A stretch of DNA of 64,000 nucleotides from Candidatus Aenigmatarchaeota archaeon (lineage in GTDB: Archaea; Aenigmatarchaeota; Aenigmatarchaeia; QMZP01). Where the stretch lies: the NCBI GenBank assembly GCA_043824495.1, contig JBDRSV010000024.1:91056-155055 (forward strand), in the 5' to 3' direction. Below the pieces are notes generated by a model. The model searched no databases. It was not told the origin of the DNA and was given only the letters and a program-made list of their open reading frames with translations. Positions 9,623 to 19,629 of this stretch are shown here, piece by piece. Position numbers and translations under genes: made by a program. How positions within the stretch are numbered: the stretch's first letter is position 1; each line of letters starts with the position of its first letter.

Positions 9623-9708
9623 TTTTAATGTGCTATTTTTAGTGTCAGTAATTTCGTATAACAGGTAGCTCACACTACTTTTTTCTAAAAATAAAAGAAA
9701 TTGGGTAT

Positions 9709-10134
9709 TTACCCAATGTAATTAGCTTGTCCTGCACCTTGAGGTTTCAAGACTGGGATACCTATTGGTGGTGGTAGCTGTAAATCGTCAGCCATGTAAG
9801 CTATCTTTAGAAGACATCTCCTGAATAAGTGATTCAAGATTTCTATGTTTATTTCTTCTGGTAATTTTTTGTCTTTTTTCCAAGCTTTCATTACTATTGC
9901 TAGTGTTTTTGGAAGATAGATAACTTCTCCGCCTACCTTGATGTCGGCCAAATCAGGTGCATATTTTGTCTCAAACTCGAATGTTACGGACATTCCTTTT
10001 TTGTTAAGTGTTCCGATGTTTACTTCTTTTACACCTATGATTTTTGGTGTTGAGTTTACTTTAATTTCACCCTTAATTGGCTTTGGTTTTTTATTTGCCT
10101 CAAATGAGGTAAATGCGAGTCCTATGATTGGCAT
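9709..10134 (-). CDS. Hypothetical protein
   Basis: Complete 141-aa ORF in an AT-rich region. No family recognised. Confidence 0.4.
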   Translation of the reverse strand: MPIIGLAFTSFEANKKPKPIKGEIKVNSTPKIIGVKEVNIGTLNKKGMSVTFEFETKYAPDLADIKVGGEVIYLPKTLAIVMKAWKKDKKLPEEINIEILNHLFRRCLLKIAYMADDLQLPPPIGIPVLKPQGAGQANYIG

Positions 10135-10248
10135 ACTAATCTCCTTAATATTATGTATACTATTACATATTGTTATTTAAATGCATATTATGCTCTCATT
10201 TACGAATATTTCTTCATATATTTATATTTCCGTACACAAATCTATACT

Positions 10249-10782
10249 ATGAATATTCTCATACCAATGGCAGAGGGCTTTGAGGAAATAGAAGCTATTA
10301 CAGTTATAGATGTTTTCAGGAGAGCTGGAATCAATACTATCAGCGTCGGTCTTCCTGGTACAATGGTCACAGGAGCTCACGGCATCAAAGTTTTTGCTGA
10401 TAAGAGACTTGATGAAGTGAATATAGACGATTTTGATGCTCTTGTTCTTGTTGGTGGAGATCCTGGATACCACAATCTAGGTAAATCACAGAAGATAATA
10501 GAAGCCATCAAGAGGTTTGAAGCAGCAAAGAAACCTGTAGGAGCTATATGTACTGCGCCAGCTATTCTAGGTAAGCTAGGTCTACTAGACGAAAGAAGAG
10601 CAACAATATATCCCGGAATGGAGAGAGAGATACCAAGACCAAGAGGAAACAGAGTCATAGACGATGATAATATAATAACATCACAAGGACCTGGAACAGC
10701 TATGGAATTTGCTATCCAGATTGTGGATAAACTCAAGGGTCCTTCAATAGCGGGTAAGGTAAGAAGGGAACTGGTGGCTTAA
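10249..10782 (+). CDS. DJ-1/PfpI family protein
   Basis: MNILIPMAEGFEEIEAITVIDVFRRAG, and the nucleophile-elbow Cys in VGAICTAPAILG. Confidence 0.8.
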   Translation: MNILIPMAEGFEEIEAITVIDVFRRAGINTISVGLPGTMVTGAHGIKVFADKRLDEVNIDDFDALVLVGGDPGYHNLGKSQKIIEAIKRFEAAKKPVGAICTAPAILGKLGLLDERRATIYPGMEREIPRPRGNRVIDDDNIITSQGPGTAMEFAIQIVDKLKGPSIAGKVRRELVA

Positions 10783-11007
10783 ATGAGCGGATTAACTGCA
10801 GCCGAGAAAGAAATTCTAGAAATAATGTCAAAGAGACTTTTAGTAACAACAAGAGAGTTGAACAAATTCTTGAGCTCTGATAAATACAATGGAGGAACTG
10901 ATTTTAGTTTACAGAGACTTGTAGATCAAGGATACTTAGAAAGAGTAGAATCCTTAGGGACAACTGTTGTTGTAACTCAGAAAGGCTTGAGAGCTCTAAA
11001 AGCTTGA
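10783..11007 (+). CDS. Small winged-helix DNA-binding protein (hypothetical)
   Basis: 74 aa with an HTH-like region, immediately after the DJ-1 gene. Confidence 0.4.
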   Translation: MSGLTAAEKEILEIMSKRLLVTTRELNKFLSSDKYNGGTDFSLQRLVDQGYLERVESLGTTVVVTQKGLRALKA

Positions 11008-11070
11008 GTAAAGATCTTTTTATAGTAAAATGACATATATAGAAGTACTTCGATCGAATGATCTTAGAAT

Positions 11071-11233
11071 AGCCCCGTAGTGTAGTGGTCAAAGTTTGAC
11101 AACCTGTGTGCTCGCATGTAGTTGTCTACACGACTAGGCATATCGGGCCTTGGTTTTCGCAACTAAGGATCTGAGCGAGAAATCGCTGTGAAAGAGGATA
11201 CCCGGTGACTGCGGTTCGAATCCGCACGGGGCT
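11071..11233 (+). tRNA. Intron-containing tRNA (~162 nt). The anticodon is not resolved; candidates are UUG (Gln) or UGG (Pro).
   Basis: Acceptor stem AGCCCCG/CGGGGCT, U8. T-arm TGCGG-TTCGAAT-CCGCA. Because it is ~85 nt longer than a standard tRNA, one or more introns are implied. Confidence 0.55.
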
Positions 11234-11266
11234 ATCATTTTTATTGTATACTTACAATTATTTCTT

Positions 11267-12952
11267 ATGTATCCACTAGAAAAGTTCAGAGACGATATTA
11301 AATCAGTGATAGCTGAATACAAAAAGATAAAGAAAGATGAAGTTGTTTTAGCAAAACCTCCTCAAGGTATTCCAGCAGATTTAGCCTATCCATGTTTTGG
11401 CTTGGCTAAAAGAGAAAAAAGAGATCCAGTAGAATTTGCTCTCACAACAGTGGAGAAAATAAAACCTAGAGGATTGATATCCAGAATAGAAGCTAATGGT
11501 CCATACATAAACTTCTATGCAGACTGGAGTAAGATGGGAAGCTTAGTTTTGAATGGAATAATAAAAGAAAAAAACGCTTATGGTAAAGGAAAGAAAAAGA
11601 ATAAGATTCTAGTGGAACACACTTCAGCCAATCCAGATGGTCCTTTACATCTAGGTCATTTCAGAAACACTGTTATAGGAGACTCTTTAGCAAGAATATT
11701 ACGATTCTATGGTCATGAAGTAAAAACAGATTTCTATGTAAATGATACAGGAAGACAAATAACTCTAGCTTCTTGGATGTATTTACAAAATGAGCCTAAA
11801 CCTAAAGGTAAGCTAGATTGGTGGGTTTATGACTTGTATTTCAAATGTAACCAGAAATTGAAAACCAATCCAAGTATAGAAAATGAAATAACAGATATGA
11901 TGCTTAAGTTTGAAAATGGAGATAAAGAACTAAGAAAAACACATGAGTTCATAGTTGATCAATGCTTGAAGGGGCATAAAGAAACTCTAGAAAGCATTGG
12001 AATTAAAATCGATAGATTCTCAAAGGAAAGCGAATTCCTATTCACTGGAAAAGTTGATGATGTTTTGAAGAAGATACTCAAAACAAAGGAAGGAAAATCG
12101 TCTGGTAAAAGAGTATGGGTTGACTTGAAACAATTCAAAATAGAAAGAGAATTCACTCTAACAAGATCTGATGGAACAACAATTTATCCAGCAAGAGATT
12201 TGGCATATCATGCAGACAAGTTTGAAAGAGCAGATCAAAACATAAATATTATAGGAACAGATCAGAAATTTTACTTCAAGCAGTTAACATCAACTCTTGG
12301 TTTACTATTTCCAAAGAAAACAGAGAATTATCATGTTTTGTTTTATGAGTTTTTGCTGTTGCCAGAAGGAACAATGTCTACACGTTTAGGTAAATTTATT
12401 TCAGTTGATGAACTTGTAAAGAAATTTACAGAAACTGCAAGAAAAAGTATAGAAATAAAAAATCCAAAATACTCAACTAAATTCAAGGATGATATAGCTA
12501 AGATGGTTGGTATAGGTGCATTGAAGTATGCAATGATAAAAGTTTCGCCTGAGAAAACATATTCTTTCAGTGTGGATGACAGCCTAAATTTCGAAGGTAA
12601 CACGGCACCTTATATTCAATATACTCATGCAAGAGCTTCTTCGATACTTCAGAAAGCTGGTAGTAGCAAACATGTAATCAAGTATATAGGAGAAGAAGAG
12701 AAACAAGTCATGAACAAGTTAATGGAATTCCCATATGCAGTGAAAAGAGCTTCTAAAGAATATAGACCACACATAATAGCTAACTATGCATATGATCTAG
12801 CAACGTCTTTCAATAACTTCTATCACTCGGTTCCTGTACTGAAAGCAGAAAAAGACTTAATAGGAACAAGACTAGCTATAGTAAAAGCTGCTCAGATAGT
12901 TTTGAAAACAAGTCTAGATCTTCTAGGTATAGAAGCACCTGATAAGATGTAG
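11267..12952 (+). CDS. argS: Arginyl-tRNA synthetase
   Basis: NPDGPLHLGHFRN is the class I HIGH motif of the ArgRS type. 561 aa, ending in ...DKM as in ArgRS. Confidence 0.9.
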   Translation: MYPLEKFRDDIKSVIAEYKKIKKDEVVLAKPPQGIPADLAYPCFGLAKREKRDPVEFALTTVEKIKPRGLISRIEANGPYINFYADWSKMGSLVLNGIIKEKNAYGKGKKKNKILVEHTSANPDGPLHLGHFRNTVIGDSLARILRFYGHEVKTDFYVNDTGRQITLASWMYLQNEPKPKGKLDWWVYDLYFKCNQKLKTNPSIENEITDMMLKFENGDKELRKTHEFIVDQCLKGHKETLESIGIKIDRFSKESEFLFTGKVDDVLKKILKTKEGKSSGKRVWVDLKQFKIEREFTLTRSDGTTIYPARDLAYHADKFERADQNINIIGTDQKFYFKQLTSTLGLLFPKKTENYHVLFYEFLLLPEGTMSTRLGKFISVDELVKKFTETARKSIEIKNPKYSTKFKDDIAKMVGIGALKYAMIKVSPEKTYSFSVDDSLNFEGNTAPYIQYTHARASSILQKAGSSKHVIKYIGEEEKQVMNKLMEFPYAVKRASKEYRPHIIANYAYDLATSFNNFYHSVPVLKAEKDLIGTRLAIVKAAQIVLKTSLDLLGIEAPDKM

Positions 12953-13083
12953 AGTGATTAAACGGTAAGCATAATCAAGCTAATAGCACTTATTATAATT
13001 ATTTATTTAGTAGTTTCTATTTTCCAATGTTACTGGCCTGCGAGTATGCTTGAAGAAGTCTTATGTATTTATGGTCCACTATT

Positions 13084-13614
13084 CTAGACACTATTCCACA
13101 ATCTCTGAATTAGTTGATTCATTGTAATCTTTTTCTGGAACAGTTCTTTTACATCATTCTTTTCAATCTGCACTCTTATCTGTGCCTTATTCTCTAAATC
13201 ATTCTTATAAGATTCAACTCTTGCAACTAACTCTGGTTTTATCGCTTCATTTTCAGCTTCTACTGCAAATTTTCTTACAAAAGAAGCATCCATAGCTAAA
13301 AGATCATTTGCAATTCGTTCTCTGTAAAGAGACTTAACCATTTTTGTTATTGTAGCTGCTTTTTCTACAGTAGCTGAATCAGATGCTTTCTGTACCACAA
13401 AAGCTTCTACACTCCCTGCACTAACAGGAACAGCTTCTTCTATACCTAAAGTATCTCTGTAAATACTCTCTTTCTGTGCAGATGTTGTAGCTTGATGTTT
13501 TATTACATCAGATGATCTTATGTCTACTAGAGCAAATCTTCCAGAAGCTTGTACAAGAGACATTGATAAAACTAACAAAATTCCAATTATCATCAAAGTT
13601 AATTTATAGTTCAT
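13084..13614 (-). CDS. Secreted hypothetical protein
   Basis: Signal peptide MNYKLTLMIIGILLVLSMSLVQASG. Its start overlaps the upstream gene (operon). Confidence 0.45.
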   Translation of the reverse strand: MNYKLTLMIIGILLVLSMSLVQASGRFALVDIRSSDVIKHQATTSAQKESIYRDTLGIEEAVPVSAGSVEAFVVQKASDSATVEKAATITKMVKSLYRERIANDLLAMDASFVRKFAVEAENEAIKPELVARVESYKNDLENKAQIRVQIEKNDVKELFQKKITMNQLIQRLWNSV

Positions 13615-14410
13615 TGAACCACTCCGTTAATTTTATTGAGTGTGCTGGATATGTTTTATCCACCACCAATATTTTTTTCTTCTCTAAATTCTTAAGCGCC
13701 GCTGCAAGACTAGATTTTGATATTCCCGATTTCTTTTCCAGTTCACTTCTCCTGATAACTCCTTTATTTTCTACGACTATATTTACAATCTTCTTTTCAT
13801 TCACTGATAATGTTTTTATGACCGATTCCTTTTTGGATAACCCTGGTTTCATTTTGTGTATGATTAATCCAATTCCAATGATTATGATAATACCAATAGC
13901 TGCAAACACGAATATAATTGGGTCGGTAGTCTTTGGTAGTTCCTTTTCAAATGAATATGATATTTCAATTGAGTTTATTCCTGCCCACCGAAGTTCTGTT
14001 ATATCTCCAGTTTGTATGTAAGCTGAAGGATTTGATGAAATTATTTTTGTGTTGTCAGGCATCAAAATAACAATGTTGTTATTTTGTAATCCTGTATCCA
14101 TATTGAATTTCCAGTTACCGTCTGTTTTTGATGTGAGTAGAGATGTTGTGTACAAAACAACAGCTTCTCTAGTTTCTCCAATTGACACTTCTATATAATC
14201 ATCATGCACTAGATGCAACCCGCCTCTTACTAGTACCTCATCCACATCTGCTGGGATTGGTAGACGATAAATACCTGATCCTGTTATTGTTATGCTTACT
14301 AATGTGTTTCCATTATCTTCTATGATTATGTAATATTCGGTTGCTTCTTGCGCATACACTGTCGGTATCAGCGCGAGCAATCCTATCATGATCAGCAATA
14401 CAACTTTCAT
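13604..14410 (-). CDS. Membrane-anchored protein with a C-terminal winged-HTH (possible membrane-bound regulator)
   Basis: N-terminal signal peptide, a central TM helix (IIFVFAAIGIIIIIGIGLII), and a C-terminal EKKSGISKSSLAAALKNLEKKKILVV HTH-like region. Confidence 0.5.
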   Translation of the reverse strand: MKVVLLIMIGLLALIPTVYAQEATEYYIIIEDNGNTLVSITITGSGIYRLPIPADVDEVLVRGGLHLVHDDYIEVSIGETREAVVLYTTSLLTSKTDGNWKFNMDTGLQNNNIVILMPDNTKIISSNPSAYIQTGDITELRWAGINSIEISYSFEKELPKTTDPIIFVFAAIGIIIIIGIGLIIHKMKPGLSKKESVIKTLSVNEKKIVNIVVENKGVIRRSELEKKSGISKSSLAAALKNLEKKKILVVDKTYPAHSIKLTEWFNEL

Positions 14411-14475
14411 ACATGAAAGTTAATTTTTGCCTACTTAAATATGACCTGGGGGAAGGGTTCCCCAGGTATATAATT

Positions 14476-15171
14476 TTACCAGTAAAGACCTGGTCCGAAT
14501 GGGCCGATTGGTACTTCTATTGGTTTATTTGGTTTAGGTTGTGGTGTGTTCCACTCTTCAGGGAACCCTGGTCCTATACCACAGTCCCCGCATACTGCTA
14601 TTCGTGGGAATACTTTGTATTCACCGTATGAATAGTCTCCGTAGATATCCATGGCTTTCCAGTGATTTCCACTGTACCAACCAAAGAAGAGCTCATCTTC
14701 ATAGAAGCCAGCGAATTTGTGGTTCTCATAAATTCCCCATACTTTGACTCCATTATTATCTTCACCAACAAAATATCCATTTGCGTATGTTCCCCATATA
14801 ACATTTTCTCCGTCATGTGTCCATAGAATAAATCTATGTGGTCCTGTGTAGTAGGGCATTGTTTCTCCTGTTGTATCAGAAGATCCTGTACTTGGAGCTT
14901 CCATTTTGTCTACTGTAGCTTCGTAACTTGAAGGTATAGAAGCTGTAGCTTCTGTTTTAAACTCTTCTAGCTTATCTGCTACATTCGTTTTCACGATTTC
15001 TATATGCTCTGTGTTCACGCTGTTAGCGAATCCAAATCCCCTCTTCATATCATTCAGTTTCTGAATAAGAGGTTCATAATCCTCGCTTGAAACAGCTTGT
15101 GTTGAGGCAATTCCTAGTGCCAATACTGACACGAAAACAATTGCCATAATATATTTGGTGTCCATTTTCAC
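14476..15171 (-). CDS. Secreted hypothetical protein (W/Y/G-rich)
   Basis: Signal peptide MKMDTKYIMAIVFVSVLALGIASTQA. Complete ORF. Confidence 0.5.
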   Translation of the reverse strand: MKMDTKYIMAIVFVSVLALGIASTQAVSSEDYEPLIQKLNDMKRGFGFANSVNTEHIEIVKTNVADKLEEFKTEATASIPSSYEATVDKMEAPSTGSSDTTGETMPYYTGPHRFILWTHDGENVIWGTYANGYFVGEDNNGVKVWGIYENHKFAGFYEDELFFGWYSGNHWKAMDIYGDYSYGEYKVFPRIAVCGDCGIGPGFPEEWNTPQPKPNKPIEVPIGPFGPGLYW

Positions 15172-15315
15172 ACCCCCTTGACATCACCAAGGAATGAACA
15201 GGATATAAAGACCATACCGAACAAAAGTGAACAATCATGTTATATCCCTCTAATTAGACAATATAAAACAATCAGGTGCCGAGTGCACACCTAATTGTCC
15301 TTGCCAATCCTCTTC

Positions 15316-16422
15316 TCATCTCAGCTTCAAAAACGCTATATGAGGTGCAGGCAGCCACTTGACTAACGATTCAGTCCAAGAGAAAGACCATTTCAGCTTC
15401 TTCTTCATCTCGTGAACCTTCATACATTTCACCGAGACTAGATTCCAGTTCAGGATGCCGAAAGCTGTGCCCAAGAGACCACCGACAAGCATAACGAAGC
15501 CCTGTCCTACAAGATCCATTCCGGCGGAGGAAACGAGAAATTTGTAAGCGAGAAATCCGCCCAAGACTCCGTCAACTGCACACAACACTCTCTGGAAACA
15601 GTGAACCATCTTGATGATGTTCCAGATAAACTGACCGATAAATGTGAGGACCACCGAGATGCACACCAAGACAACGAAAATGACGGTCAGTGCAGTGAGA
15701 ATTGGGTACCAGACAGAAAGTAGAAGCAAACTGAAGAGAATGTATCCCATCGCGTTGAGATACCCGAGTTTTATTTCTCGGCGGTTCTTCTCCTCAAGGA
15801 AATACCTCCTTCTTAACACACCGATGTCGTATTTTTGGTCCGTGTGTCTGCTTATTCCGAGAGCCTCCCCAATACTCTTATAGTTGTACAAAACGTCTTC
15901 CCCGCTAGCGTCTTTCTTATCGACCATCATGAAAGGATAGAAGAACCTTCCGCGATCACGACTTCCAACAAAAGCGAGGAAAGAAAGAACGCCGGAAAAG
16001 ATCACAACACAGGCACCAGAGAGCGCCAACAGAAGAATGCTGCTGAGAGCGAGTTGAAGGATGTTCAGTGTTTCAGCATCTGCGAAAAGACCGGAAAATA
16101 TGTGATGTGCTGGCCACAAGCCGAGCACAAGACTCGGAAAAAGGAACGGGTGTGGCTTCGAGCATAACCAGTCCTTGGCTTTTCCGTAGTTGTCTCTGAT
16201 ATAAAACGGCCAAGTTCCGATATCATCCAACATCTCTCCGAGCATCACTTGGATCGCTTTGGCCACCTCACGGAGGTCGTAACCAAAATAACCAGCTGCT
16301 CCGCCGGCCAGGAAAGCAGCAACCCACATGTACAACTTGTCCGGCATCAGCCACATGGCAGTTGCACAGAACACGATGCCTCCAATGAAGCATCCGATTC
16401 CGATCTTCATCCAATCTTTCAT
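15316..16422 (-). CDS. Multi-pass membrane protein (hypothetical)
   Basis: Several hydrophobic helices. GC is intermediate (~47%). Confidence 0.5.
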   Translation of the reverse strand: MKDWMKIGIGCFIGGIVFCATAMWLMPDKLYMWVAAFLAGGAAGYFGYDLREVAKAIQVMLGEMLDDIGTWPFYIRDNYGKAKDWLCSKPHPFLFPSLVLGLWPAHHIFSGLFADAETLNILQLALSSILLLALSGACVVIFSGVLSFLAFVGSRDRGRFFYPFMMVDKKDASGEDVLYNYKSIGEALGISRHTDQKYDIGVLRRRYFLEEKNRREIKLGYLNAMGYILFSLLLLSVWYPILTALTVIFVVLVCISVVLTFIGQFIWNIIKMVHCFQRVLCAVDGVLGGFLAYKFLVSSAGMDLVGQGFVMLVGGLLGTAFGILNWNLVSVKCMKVHEMKKKLKWSFSWTESLVKWLPAPHIAFLKLR

Positions 16423-16489
16423 GGCGAAAATCTCCTTCTCGTTGTATTTCTTTGTTTATAGTTATCGTCCTAGAATTAATTCAAAACAA

Positions 16490-16996
16490 TCATATCTGCA
16501 AAGGTTCAAGCAGATACATCAGACTTCGGTCTCGTAATTCTGTCCTCTTATAAGGAGGGAGATCTATGAGACAAAGACTGGAAATACTCACGTGCATGGT
16601 TTGATACTTGGTTTCGTCTGCTTGGTACATTCCCGTAAAGATTATATTATTCAGGACAAACCCGGAAACTACTGTCCAGATCCAGAATGCCATCCATCCA
16701 TCGTACAAGAAGACGCTGGCAATCGCTGAAATGATTGCACCCACTGCGAGAACACCTACCTCAAAGAGAAGCATCGTAAAGATATCTCCCACGGGGTCGT
16801 TTTTGTCCTCTTCCCACCAATCCTCCATGACGAGTTCGTGGATAATCATGTCAATGAGATTCTGCCTGTTCTGCATTTTCTCGTGGTAGGCTATGAAACG
16901 AGTTGGTTGACGAATGTTGTGCCAGATGATCAATCCAATTGGCACCCAGATGACTGCTGTAGTGACAAGCAGCCAGAGAACTACTCTAGTTTCCAT
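16490..16996 (-). CDS. Membrane protein (hypothetical)
   Basis: Probable start METRVVLWLLVTTAVIW, with several TM segments. Confidence 0.45.
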   Translation of the reverse strand: METRVVLWLLVTTAVIWVPIGLIIWHNIRQPTRFIAYHEKMQNRQNLIDMIIHELVMEDWWEEDKNDPVGDIFTMLLFEVGVLAVGAIISAIASVFLYDGWMAFWIWTVVSGFVLNNIIFTGMYQADETKYQTMHVSISSLCLIDLPPYKRTELRDRSLMYLLEPLQI

Positions 16997-17234
16997 GTCC
17001 CCTCCAGGATTGATTGTTAGAAAAAATACTAGTATAATCACTCTCGTTAATTGACATTTCTGTCTTTCGTTGTCGTAGAGTATTGATTCCTAAATTACAG
17101 ATGATGACTTTACCTCGAACAAGAATCTTGTGCCAGGTGCTAAAAGTTGTCAGCGATGATAAATGTGGAACATGATGCATAGAATTTAACCTAAAATTTT
17201 ATAAACCTATACAAAACCTTTTTATACCTCTTAA

Positions 17235-17639
17235 TTGACAATATATAGTATGAAGAAAAAAGCAAAGAGGACCACAAAGAAAACAGTGAAAAAACCAGTC
17301 AAGAAAATAAAAATAGAAAAGAGAGTAACACCAAAACCAAAAAAAGAAGAGAAAATTAAATGTCCTTATTGTAAGAGTTCTAGAGTGGTTTGGAGAGGAT
17401 ATAGATACAACGAAAAGACTGACAAGCACTTAAGATTATGTAACAACTGTAAGAGAAAGTTCACAAAAAGAGACGAGTTCTTCCGTATGAGATTCGGTGA
17501 AGAAGAGATAAAAAGAGCTGTGGAATTATACAAGAAAGGTTATTCTTCTGCAGAAGTAGTTCAGAACCTGAAAAGAAATCATGGAATAAAGGTTTCAAGA
17601 TGGACTGTGATCTGTTGGCATAAGAGATACACTAAGTAA
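17235..17639 (+). CDS. Zinc-ribbon plus HTH protein. It resembles the N-terminal DNA-binding module of IS1 InsA and IS6-type transposases, but has no DDE domain.
   Basis: Lys-rich N-terminus, then CPYCKSSRVVWRGYRYNEKTDKHLRLCNNCKRKF (a C4 zinc ribbon), then an HTH-like region (GYSSAEVVQNLKRNHGIKVSRWTV). It ends 22 bp before junction motif copy 2. Confidence 0.5.
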   Translation: MTIYSMKKKAKRTTKKTVKKPVKKIKIEKRVTPKPKKEEKIKCPYCKSSRVVWRGYRYNEKTDKHLRLCNNCKRKFTKRDEFFRMRFGEEEIKRAVELYKKGYSSAEVVQNLKRNHGIKVSRWTVICWHKRYTK

Positions 17640-17660
17640 TTATTTTTTTTATCAGTTATT

Positions 17661-17681
17661 ATATCCCTTTAAATGGACAAT
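17661..17681 (+). repeat. Junction motif copy 2 (ATATCCCTTTAAATGGACAAT), at the left edge of a GC-rich block
   Basis: Forward orientation. A hairpin follows it on the GC side (GGGAGAGGTGCAG...CTGCACACTCTCCC). Confidence 0.6.
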
Positions 17682-17754
17682 GCAAAGGGAGAGGTGCAGT
17701 ATTCCACATCTGCACACTCTCCCACCACATCACCTTTTCAGGCTTTGCAGATTT

Positions 17755-19629
17755 TTACTTCAGAAGCGTCATCTTTTTGCTTTCCGTCAGGCTGGCCGTT
17801 TGCAACCGATAGAAGTACATACCGGACGCGACGGCCTTACCGTAGCGGTCGGTTCCGTCCCAGCTAACCTGATGTGTTCCTTCGGGCTGGGACCCGTTGA
17901 CGAGAGTGGCAACGTTGCGGCCGAGGATATCAAAGACCTCTAGCTTTACGTCTCCTCCCTGAGTCAACTGATAGGAAATCACGGTTCCGGCGTTGAAGGG
18001 GTTCGGGTAGTTCTGGTTCAAGCTGAATGATGTAGGAACGGCTCCTGTTGTCTTGTACGCGATGTTCAGCGTACCTAATGGAATCCACCCAGCCGGAACT
18101 GTCCGGCTGTTGTTGATCTCGTCAGCTATCGTTTTGGCCAACTCGTGATCGCCGAATGGATCGTCGATCAAGTTGTCGCAGTATGTTACCGCCTGTGACA
18201 CAGTCGCGCCGTCATCGCTAATCACAGCGGTTTGTGCCAGTTTGCCGCTAGCGACATTGAGTAGCAAAGCCATGAGTTGCTGTCTGGCTCGATCAATCAT
18301 GTCAACGCTGCCCTTGAGGTTCAGCAACGTCTTCGCGACTTCGAGCTTGTCTTCACAAAGATCCGACACGGGTGGATCGTACACGACGACCTCGTTCACT
18401 GCGTTCGAGTTGAAGTGGCCCGCGATGAGGTCGAGATAGCTACACAGAGTTGAAGCATCGATTTGCGCGCGGCCATTCCCACCAGTAGCGACGCCGACGT
18501 TGTGTTTCCAGAAGCCGATTGTTCGTTGTTCTCCAGCGTCTGACGGGCATCCCAATTCAAAGTCGATTTGGGCTGTGCCTTCACAATCGAGATCGACGGA
18601 CTGTTCGCTCGGAAATGCCGTATACCCGAGGGGGCCAACAAATGATACCATGTAGCTGGCCTCACCCGGGAGGTTCTCGAAATCGTAGTAACCGGCTTCA
18701 TCAGTCACAGCCGATTCTACAAGTACACCGGTGGCATCGAAGACATCAATCGTGATACCAAGAACAGAGCAGTCAGCACTCAGTGTGCCCTCAATTGCGG
18801 CGAAGCATTCTTCCTCTCCACCTCCGCATGCACACGTTCCATCTTCCACCTCAATGGCGGTGATGGTGTTGTCGTAGGCGTCCTTTGACCAGACGACGGT
18901 CAACGGCGCGAAGTTGATGACGTCGCATTCGAGATCCTCATCCCGACCACCGATCGTCGCGAAGTCACTGAGATACACGCCCGTTGTCTTGTCAATGCGA
19001 ACGATGTTGCCCAGACCATCGCGCCCGATGTAAAGGGTGTTCCCCGTCCCAACAATAACACCACTTATTCGATCCAGTGTATTGCCGGCCGCGTCGGTCG
19101 GATACAACGTTCCCAGATAGGCTCCCGAGCCCGCATCGAAGTGGTCAATGCCCGTTGATACATCATCGGAAACCCAGACACTGTTATCCGTCGCATCAAA
19201 GCCAATGCCGTCGATGAAACAGAAGCCCGGTGTTACCACAGAAAACTGGAAAGTGGCTACGCCGGTGGTGGGATCGATGAGATACACGTTCGCCGGACAT
19301 TCGTTGTCACTGCCTCCCCAGATCATGTTGCGCGTATTGTCCCATGCAATAGCGCCGATCGAAACTGGTGTGCCATCCGGTTTGAAAATGGAAACGAAGC
19401 CGAGATCGGTGCCGAATTTGTCTATCGAGTAGAGAGTTGGGTCGAAAGAGTTGGTGTAGAAAATCACACCATCACATCCAACTGCAACACCGATACCGAC
19501 ACCAGACGAGCTTGGAACAGGAACTGTGACGTTCGTGATGACATCACCGGGAGCTGCCATTGACGTAGCGGTGATAGCGGTGAAGAGGCAGAACACAACA
19601 AGCGCAGTGAAAGCTGTGAGACGCTTCAT
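17755..19629 (-). CDS. Large secreted protein with beta-propeller-like repeats, a carboxypeptidase-regulatory-like domain and a T9SS-type C-terminal sorting domain
   Basis: Signal peptide MKRLTAFTALVVFCLFTAITATSMA. The C-terminus NYPNPFN...VFDILGRNVATL...GMYFYRL matches the Por/T9SS C-terminal-domain consensus. GC-rich, bacterial (FCB-group-like). Confidence 0.7.
   Translation of the reverse strand: MKRLTAFTALVVFCLFTAITATSMAAPGDVITNVTVPVPSSSGVGIGVAVGCDGVIFYTNSFDPTLYSIDKFGTDLGFVSIFKPDGTPVSIGAIAWDNTRNMIWGGSDNECPANVYLIDPTTGVATFQFSVVTPGFCFIDGIGFDATDNSVWVSDDVSTGIDHFDAGSGAYLGTLYPTDAAGNTLDRISGVIVGTGNTLYIGRDGLGNIVRIDKTTGVYLSDFATIGGRDEDLECDVINFAPLTVVWSKDAYDNTITAIEVEDGTCACGGGEEECFAAIEGTLSADCSVLGITIDVFDATGVLVESAVTDEAGYYDFENLPGEASYMVSFVGPLGYTAFPSEQSVDLDCEGTAQIDFELGCPSDAGEQRTIGFWKHNVGVATGGNGRAQIDASTLCSYLDLIAGHFNSNAVNEVVVYDPPVSDLCEDKLEVAKTLLNLKGSVDMIDRARQQLMALLLNVASGKLAQTAVISDDGATVSQAVTYCDNLIDDPFGDHELAKTIADEINNSRTVPAGWIPLGTLNIAYKTTGAVPTSFSLNQNYPNPFNAGTVISYQLTQGGDVKLEVFDILGRNVATLVNGSQPEGTHQVSWDGTDRYGKAVASGMYFYRLQTASLTESKKMTLLK

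Noticed and set aside
10153-10248. N-terminal extension of the DJ-1/PfpI ORF (MYTITYCYLNAYYALIYEYFFIYLYF...)
   Set aside because: It is low-complexity Y/F-rich translation of an AT-rich promoter region. The family N-terminus begins at MNILIPMAEG (10249).
18173-19432. Plus-strand ORFs of 78-94 aa and a 101-aa minus alternate-frame ORF inside the T9SS-domain gene
   Set aside because: They are overlaps of the long minus-strand CDS.
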